DNA of 23,791 nucleotides from Anaerolineae bacterium (GTDB lineage Bacteria; Chloroflexota; Anaerolineae; S140-20): NCBI GenBank assembly GCA_027021705.1, contig JALUTT010000156.1, positions 1 to 23,791 of the forward strand, read 5' to 3'. Shown piece by piece: positions 18,189 to 23,791 of this stretch (position 1 is its first letter; each line of letters starts with the position of its first letter). The notes under the pieces were generated by a model. It saw only the letters and a program-made list of their open reading frames with translations, ran no database searches and was not told where the DNA came from. The position numbers and the translations under genes were made by a program.

Positions 18189-19226
18189 ATGAACCTGACC
18201 GAAGCTATCCAAACCTATCTACCTCAGATCGAAGCCGAGATGCAGGCCCTGCTGACCCAGCCCCTGGGGGAGGAAAGATCATCGGCTGCAACGTATGGAC
18301 CCTTCTACGGAATGGCCCACTACCATCTGGGCTGGGTGGACGAGACCTTCCAACCGACTCAGGCCGACGGCGGCAAGCGGATCCGCCCACTTCTCTGCCT
18401 GCTCACCTGCCAGGCCGCCGGGGGGGATCCGCAGCGTGCCCTACCGGCCGCGGCCGCCATCGAAGTGCTGCACAACTTCTCCCTCATCCACGACGACATC
18501 GAGGACAACGACCGCCTACGGCGGGGGCGGCCCACCGTCTGGGCCCTCTGGGGCATCGCCCAGGCCATCAACGTGGGCGATCTCCTCTTCGCCCTGGCCC
18601 ACCTGGCCCTGGGTCGGCTGGAGGAGCGCGGTGTACCTTCAGACCGGGTGCTGCAAGCGCTCCGCCGTTTCGACGAGACCTGTATCGCCCTCACCCAGGG
18701 CCAATACCTGGACCTGGACTTCGAGGCGCGGGCCGAGGTCTCTGTAGAGGATTACCTGACGATGATCGCCGGCAAGACGGCGGCGCTGTTGAGCACCTCG
18801 GCCTACCTCGGAGCGCTGCTGGCAGGAGCCACTACGGCCACCTGCCGGGCTTACGAGGCCTTTGGCCGTCATCTGGGGATGGCCTTCCAGATCGAGGACG
18901 ACATCCTGGGCATCTGGGGCGAGGCGGAAACGACGGGCAAGGCGGCCTCGGACATCGCCCATCGCAAGAAGACGTTGCCCATCGTCTACGGGTTGAGCCG
19001 AAGCCCGGCGCTGCGGGCCCTTTACGAGGATGGCGAGATGACGCCTCAGCAGGAAGCCCAAGCGCGAGCCCTGCTGGAGGAGGTGGGAGCTCGGAACTAT
19101 GCCGCTGAGATGGCCCGCCAACATCACGCCCAGGCCATGGCAGCCCTGGAGCGGGCGAACCCTATCGGACCGGCTGCTCAGGCGCTTTGGGAGCTGGCCG
19201 GTCGCCTACTGGGGCGCGTGCGCTAA
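18189..19226 (+). CDS. Polyprenyl diphosphate synthase, probably type I GGPP synthase
   Basis: GGKRIRP, HNFSLIHDDIED, RRGRPT, GQYLDL, GKTA, FQIEDDILG and KKTLP. Confidence 0.9.
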   Translation: MNLTEAIQTYLPQIEAEMQALLTQPLGEERSSAATYGPFYGMAHYHLGWVDETFQPTQADGGKRIRPLLCLLTCQAAGGDPQRALPAAAAIEVLHNFSLIHDDIEDNDRLRRGRPTVWALWGIAQAINVGDLLFALAHLALGRLEERGVPSDRVLQALRRFDETCIALTQGQYLDLDFEARAEVSVEDYLTMIAGKTAALLSTSAYLGALLAGATTATCRAYEAFGRHLGMAFQIEDDILGIWGEAETTGKAASDIAHRKKTLPIVYGLSRSPALRALYEDGEMTPQQEAQARALLEEVGARNYAAEMARQHHAQAMAALERANPIGPAAQALWELAGRLLGRVR

Positions 19227-19307
19227 GCCGCTCTGGCAGATGGGAGATGCTGCGCAGCCGACGGAGGAGGTGGAGGGGCCATTCCTACAACCCTGGAAGG
19301 AACGGCA

Positions 19308-19766
19308 ATGAACCCACCAATGCTGAAGATCGAGCTCCCTGTCGAACTTCTCTTTGGAGAGCGAGTCCAATACCTGGAACGGACAGCCGAAGAGGTGCGC
19401 CGACAACTGGAGTCCTTCACAGGTGGCCCTGTCGCCTACGACTCAACGGCGCTGCAGGCGCTGGACGAGTGGATTGAGCGGAGGACCCGGCGGGGCCCCC
19501 TCTCTCCGGGTGAGCGTGTCCAGATCATCGCCTTCGTAGGCCAGATGTTCCTGAAACGTCACGGGGGCTTCTGGGCGGTGAGGGAGGAGAGAGGGCGGCG
19601 ATCCCTGGGCGTGGTCTGCCCCCTGGTTGGATCATCCCGCCACCTCCAGTTCATTGACCTCACCAGGCAAGTCCACCGCCGCCTGAAGGAAGGCATCACA
19701 GCATCCCTGACCTTCTTCTACCTCACCACCAGCGTAGACCTCCAGGGCCAAACGGTCTCGGAATGA
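19308..19766 (+). CDS. Hypothetical protein (152 aa)
   Basis: GGAAGGA before the ATG; protein-like composition. Confidence 0.7.
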   Translation: MNPPMLKIELPVELLFGERVQYLERTAEEVRRQLESFTGGPVAYDSTALQALDEWIERRTRRGPLSPGERVQIIAFVGQMFLKRHGGFWAVREERGRRSLGVVCPLVGSSRHLQFIDLTRQVHRRLKEGITASLTFFYLTTSVDLQGQTVSE

Positions 19767-19948
19767 CCCGATATGGTTGAGTGCCCGCTTCAGATCTCCG
19801 AGGTCTGAACAACTCTTTGCGGTGACGCAACAAGGGTCTTTGTCCCCCCTTGGCAGATGCAACCCTTTATCGGGGACCTCAGAGGTCTTAATCTCGCCGT
19901 GTAAGATGAGGGCCTGGCCCTCGGCAGCCAAGCTAGAGTGGGGATAAC

Positions 19949-22900
19949 GTGGACGAGCGTCTTCTGATCCCGACCAAAATTACCATTCCTCATCGGTCGT
20001 CAGAGGTCCTGCGCCGGCAACGGCTGCTCGACTTCATCCACGAACATCTGGACCGCAAACTGATCATCGTCTCGGCCCCGGCCGGCTACGGCAAGACCAC
20101 GCTTCTGGTGGACTTCAGCACCGATACGGAGATCCCGGTCTGCTGGTACACCCTGGACGAGGGCGATCGGGATTTGGGCGTCTTCCTGGCCTATCTCACC
20201 GCCAGCCTGCGTCGGCGGTTCCCCAACTTTGGCCACCAGACCCACCAATTGCTGGAACAGGGGACCATTACACCCCGAAGGGCCGCCGGTGCGGTGGTGG
20301 CGGACATCGTCGAGAGCATCCCCGACTACTTCGCCTGCGTCCTGGATGACTGGCACCTGGTCAACGATAGCCCCGAGATCGTCCAGTTCCTGGACCGGCT
20401 CCTGCACTATCTGCCGGAGCAGGCCCACCTGATCGTGGCCGGGCGGAGCCTACCCCGGGCCTCCCTCATCCGGCTGGCCGCCCGGCGGGAAGTGGCCGGT
20501 CTGGGTCCCAACGACCTGCGCTTCACCGCCGAGGAGGTCCAACACCTCCTGGCCACCTACTACCGGATCCAGGTCTCGCTGGAACAGGCGGCCCAACTGG
20601 CCGAGGAGTCCGAGGGGTGGATCACCGGCATCCTGCTCACCACCCACACGATGTGGCAGGGGCTGCTGGCCAGCCTGCTGCAGGGACGCAGTGCCTCCGT
20701 ACCCCTCTACGAGTACCTGGCCGGCGAGGTCTACGCCCAGCAGTCCCCGGAGATGCGGGACTTTCTCCTCGCCTCGGCAGTGCCCCGCCAGGTCACGGCA
20801 GCCCTCTGCGATCACCTGCGCCAGGCCGGGGACTCCCAGGAGTGGCTGGACCTGGTGGAGGGGCGCAACCTCTTCCTCACCCGCATCGAAGCGGAGGGGG
20901 AAGTCTGGTATCGCTACCACAATCTCTTCCAGTCCTTCCTGCGGAACCGCTTCCAACAGGAGTCACCGACCCGGTTTCGGGAGATGCACCGCCGGGCCGG
21001 GGAGTGGTTTGAGGAGCAGAACCACCCCGAGGAGGCGGTGGAGCACTACCTGGCCGCCACCGCTTACGACGAGGCTATCCGTGTGATCGAGGCCTGTGTG
21101 CAGGACTTTTTCACAGCCGGACGGACGGGTACCATCCTCGCCTGGGCCGAGGCCCTACCCCAGGCGGTGCGGAAGAAGGCCCCGGAGCTCCTGCTCTACC
21201 AGGCCAAAGTGCTGAGCGACCGGGGGCGCGCCGACGAGGCACTGACCGTGTTGGAGAGAGCCGAGATCGCCTTTAAGGCTCGGAACAGCCCCCTGGGCCA
21301 GGCTCGGGTCCTCCTCCAGAGAGGATGGGCTTTGCTGCTTAGAAATCGGTATGGGGAGGCAGTAGAAAGTGGAAAGCAAGCCTACGAGACACTGATCACC
21401 CTAGGTGAGGCGGATACCCCCCTGACCGCCGATGCGCTACGGCTGATCGGCTTTGGCCGGAGTTACCAGGGAGAATTCCAAGAGGGAGAACAGTACCTCA
21501 CCCAGGCGCTGCAGTTGTATGAGCGCATCGGAGAGGCCATCCCCTTCAACCTGGCCCGCGTCCTCCAGGACCTGGCTTACACCCTGCTGCGGCAGGGGCG
21601 GTTGCCGGAGGCGGCCACCTACCAAGAACGGGCCCTGGCCCTCTGGCGGGAGATCGGTAGCCCGGGCCCTCTGGCCTGGAACCTGAACAATACCGGGTAC
21701 AACCGCTACCTGACCGGAGATTACCAGGACGCTCTGGCGCTCTATCAGGAAGCCTTGCCCAGGGCCGAGGAAGCCGAAGATCGCTACATCCAGGTTGTTC
21801 TTCTAGCGGGCATCGGAGACGTCCAGCGGGATACCGGGCAGTTCGATGCGGCCCTGGAAGCCTACCGGCGGGCGGAAGAGATGGCCCGCCAGGGGGGTAA
21901 CGTGGCCCTGATCGCCTACCTCCTCGACGCCCAGGGCCACCTCCACCGCCTGCGGGGAGACCTCAACCAGGCCCAGGTTGCCCTGAGTCAGGCCGAGGCG
22001 CTGGCCAGGGAGCACGGACTCCAGCATCAAGCCCTCCTCTCCGCCGCAGCCCTGGCACTGGTCCGCATCGAAGCAGGGCAGGCCCAGGAGGTCACTCCTC
22101 TGCTCCACGCCCGCGATGCCCTCCAGGAGGCCAACGCCCGTCTGGAATTGGTGCGCGTCCTCTTCTGGCTGGCCCAGGCCGCGTTCCGAAGGGAAGAACG
22201 AACAGTGGCGCGGAGCTCCCTGCAACAGATGCTTCGTCTCAGCCGCGAGGTGGGAGCCGTTCCCTTCTCGCCGGCCGAGGGACGCCACGCCCTCGCCCTG
22301 CTCCGTTGGGCAAAGCGGGAGAAACTGCCGGAGGAAGAAGCCCGCTATCTGGTCACCTGGCTGGAGCGCATCCAGGAGCGGCCATCCCGGGCGGCGGCAC
22401 CGACCTCTGAGAAACGTCCTCGTTTGGAGATCTACGGCTTCGGCCCGGGGCGCGTCCTGCGGGATGGGGAGCTCATCCCCATCGCCGCCTGGGGGGCGGC
22501 CATCGCCCGGGAGCTCTTCTTCTTCATCTTGGACCAGGCTCCCCTTCGCAAAGAACAGATCGGGGTCGTCTTCTGGCCTGGGCTTCCTCCGGGGAGAATG
22601 ACCAGCGCCTTCCACGCCACCAAGTACAAGGCCCGCCGGGCGCTGGGGGTGGAGTTCGTCGTTTATGAGGAGGGGCTCTACCACGTCCATCTGGAGGCCG
22701 ACTGGTGGTACGATGTGGCCGAGTTCGAGCGGCTGGTGCGGACCGCCCGGCGGCTTCCCTTGGAGGATCCCGAGGGCCTCGAAGCCCGCCGTCGGGCCAT
22801 CGCTCTCTACCAGGGCGACTACCTGGAGGACGTCTACGCCGATTGGGCGGCCCAGCGACGCCGGGCGCTGCAGGAGGAGTTCCTGGAGGTGCTGGCCGGG

Positions 22901-23161
22901 CTGGCTCGACATATGCTGGAAGCCCAGGAGCCCGAGGAAGCACTCCGCCTCTACCGACGCGGTCTCCGGATGGATCCTTACCGTGAGGACTTCCACCGAG
23001 GGGTGATGCGTGCCCTCATCGCCCTGGGACGGCGAGCGGAGGCCTTGGCCCACTTTGACGCCCTGACCCGCCAACTGGACCGGGAGCTCCACACCACCCC
23101 TGATCCCGAGACAGTGGCCTTGGGTGAGCGCCTCCGCTCCCATTCCCGCTTACAGCCGTAG
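19949..23161 (+). CDS. MalT-like NTPase-TPR transcriptional regulator with C-terminal wHTH/BTAD domain
   Basis: PTKITIP, Walker A APAGYGKTT, Walker B VLDDWH, DLRFT, EGW and YRYHNLF. Central TPR repeats. C-terminal DVAEFE...LYQGDYLED...W...DPYREDFHRGVM. Confidence 0.92.
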   Translation: MDERLLIPTKITIPHRSSEVLRRQRLLDFIHEHLDRKLIIVSAPAGYGKTTLLVDFSTDTEIPVCWYTLDEGDRDLGVFLAYLTASLRRRFPNFGHQTHQLLEQGTITPRRAAGAVVADIVESIPDYFACVLDDWHLVNDSPEIVQFLDRLLHYLPEQAHLIVAGRSLPRASLIRLAARREVAGLGPNDLRFTAEEVQHLLATYYRIQVSLEQAAQLAEESEGWITGILLTTHTMWQGLLASLLQGRSASVPLYEYLAGEVYAQQSPEMRDFLLASAVPRQVTAALCDHLRQAGDSQEWLDLVEGRNLFLTRIEAEGEVWYRYHNLFQSFLRNRFQQESPTRFREMHRRAGEWFEEQNHPEEAVEHYLAATAYDEAIRVIEACVQDFFTAGRTGTILAWAEALPQAVRKKAPELLLYQAKVLSDRGRADEALTVLERAEIAFKARNSPLGQARVLLQRGWALLLRNRYGEAVESGKQAYETLITLGEADTPLTADALRLIGFGRSYQGEFQEGEQYLTQALQLYERIGEAIPFNLARVLQDLAYTLLRQGRLPEAATYQERALALWREIGSPGPLAWNLNNTGYNRYLTGDYQDALALYQEALPRAEEAEDRYIQVVLLAGIGDVQRDTGQFDAALEAYRRAEEMARQGGNVALIAYLLDAQGHLHRLRGDLNQAQVALSQAEALAREHGLQHQALLSAAALALVRIEAGQAQEVTPLLHARDALQEANARLELVRVLFWLAQAAFRREERTVARSSLQQMLRLSREVGAVPFSPAEGRHALALLRWAKREKLPEEEARYLVTWLERIQERPSRAAAPTSEKRPRLEIYGFGPGRVLRDGELIPIAAWGAAIARELFFFILDQAPLRKEQIGVVFWPGLPPGRMTSAFHATKYKARRALGVEFVVYEEGLYHVHLEADWWYDVAEFERLVRTARRLPLEDPEGLEARRRAIALYQGDYLEDVYADWAAQRRRALQEEFLEVLAGLARHMLEAQEPEEALRLYRRGLRMDPYREDFHRGVMRALIALGRRAEALAHFDALTRQLDRELHTTPDPETVALGERLRSHSRLQP

Positions 23162-23283
23162 GCACTTACTACTCCGACAATTCCCCATGGGTAATCGCCC
23201 AATCACTACCCCCCTGATCTCCTTGGCCTCCATCTCTCTCCACCGTTCTGAGCCGGTTCACGATCCGATGGGGGCATGGTTTC

Positions 23284-23327
23284 GTCACACTTCTGTTACA
23301 CGCACGGTCATAGGTTTCCTTTAATGT
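23284..23327 (+). promoter_or_regulatory. Candidate activator-binding heptamers with a -10-like element
   Basis: GTCACAC (23284), GTTACAC (23295) and weaker GTCATAG (23307), then TAATGT at 23322. Confidence 0.4.
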
Positions 23328-23463
23328 TGAGGACAGTCTGAAGATTGGCTCCTCTCCCGGAGCCAGACTTGGGTACATTTCACTTTGCGGAGGAAGGCGT
23401 AGAAGTCCGCTTTGTGGGTCGAAAGCGGGTTTCTGGCCGGACTTAGCTAGGAGGAGGAAACCT

Positions 23464-23616
23464 ATGTCCGGGAAGATCCGTACCCTCAGCTTCTGGTTTG
23501 TCAGTAACCCCTTGGCGGTCCGCTTCGCCCTGATGAGTGCGAGCGTGGCTCTTGCCTTGGCTACTGGCTTTGTGCTCAACTCACCGCCGGTTGGTGGTGG
23601 AAGCGGCGCTGTGTAG
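23464..23616 (+). CDS. 50-aa putative secreted or membrane-targeted propeptide
   Basis: AGGAGGAGG RBS 6 nt before the ATG. Sequence MSGKIRTLSFWFVSNPLAVRFALMSASVALALATGFVLNSPPVGGGSGAV. Absent from the ORF track, whose shortest entries are 60 aa. Confidence 0.75.
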   Translation: MSGKIRTLSFWFVSNPLAVRFALMSASVALALATGFVLNSPPVGGGSGAV

Positions 23617-23778
23617 TTATGAGAGGGCAACCAACGCTCCCGAAGTGAGCGACTTCATAGCCAAACTGAAGAGCAGTCCACAGTCATCTCCCCCTTTCCG
23701 TGCTATCCTGAAGGTGGATCGCGGGTAGGAACGATCGGCCAGAGCCCTGGCTCTGGCACCACGGAAAGGGGGATGATG

Positions 23779-23791
23779 ATGTTTGAAACAT
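23779..23791 (+). CDS. Possible start of the next gene (truncated by the window edge)
   Basis: GAAAGGGGG followed by ATGATGATG TTT GAA ACA. Confidence 0.35.

Noticed and set aside
23187..23199. ATGGGTAATCGCC as another cassette end
   Set aside because: Single 12/13 match with no partner inverted end or CTGCTGACC nearby.
23169..23728. ORFs 23169-23630 (-) and 23537-23728 (+)
   Set aside because: No RBS, and both overlap the 23464-23616 ORF, which has a strong RBS and coherent peptide architecture.

Overview
GC-rich bacterial chromosomal window. The protein families (tandem GT-C membrane proteins, Pro/Thr-rich lipoprotein, NTPase-TPR-BTAD regulator) suggest Chloroflexota; this is an inference. 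Gene order on the + strand: partial recN, a 10-copy ~142-bp palindromic tandem array, a small alpha/beta protein, a hypothetical protein, a lipoprotein, a DUF4870-like protein, a GT4 glycosyltransferase, a Uma2 nuclease, sfsA and a second repeat array. On the - strand: acpP, mobA and two GT-C-type membrane glycosyltransferases. Divergent from these: fni (IDI-2), a type I-like polyprenyl synthase, a hypothetical protein and a 1070-aa NTPase-TPR-BTAD regulator. Two signals stand out. (1) A 50-aa ORF (23464-23616) missing from the ORF track, with a strong RBS, a signal-like hydrophobic core and a Gly/Pro/Ser tail, lies right after the TPR-BTAD regulator and behind 11-bp-spaced heptamers. This is a candidate peptide-receptor (quorum-sensing-like) system. 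(2) The intergenic DNA contains a modular set of repeat elements: palindromic arrays that supply stop codons, ordered 8-mer/7-mer modules around the Uma2 and sfsA nucleases, and a two-cassette array with conserved inverted ends between acpP and fni.
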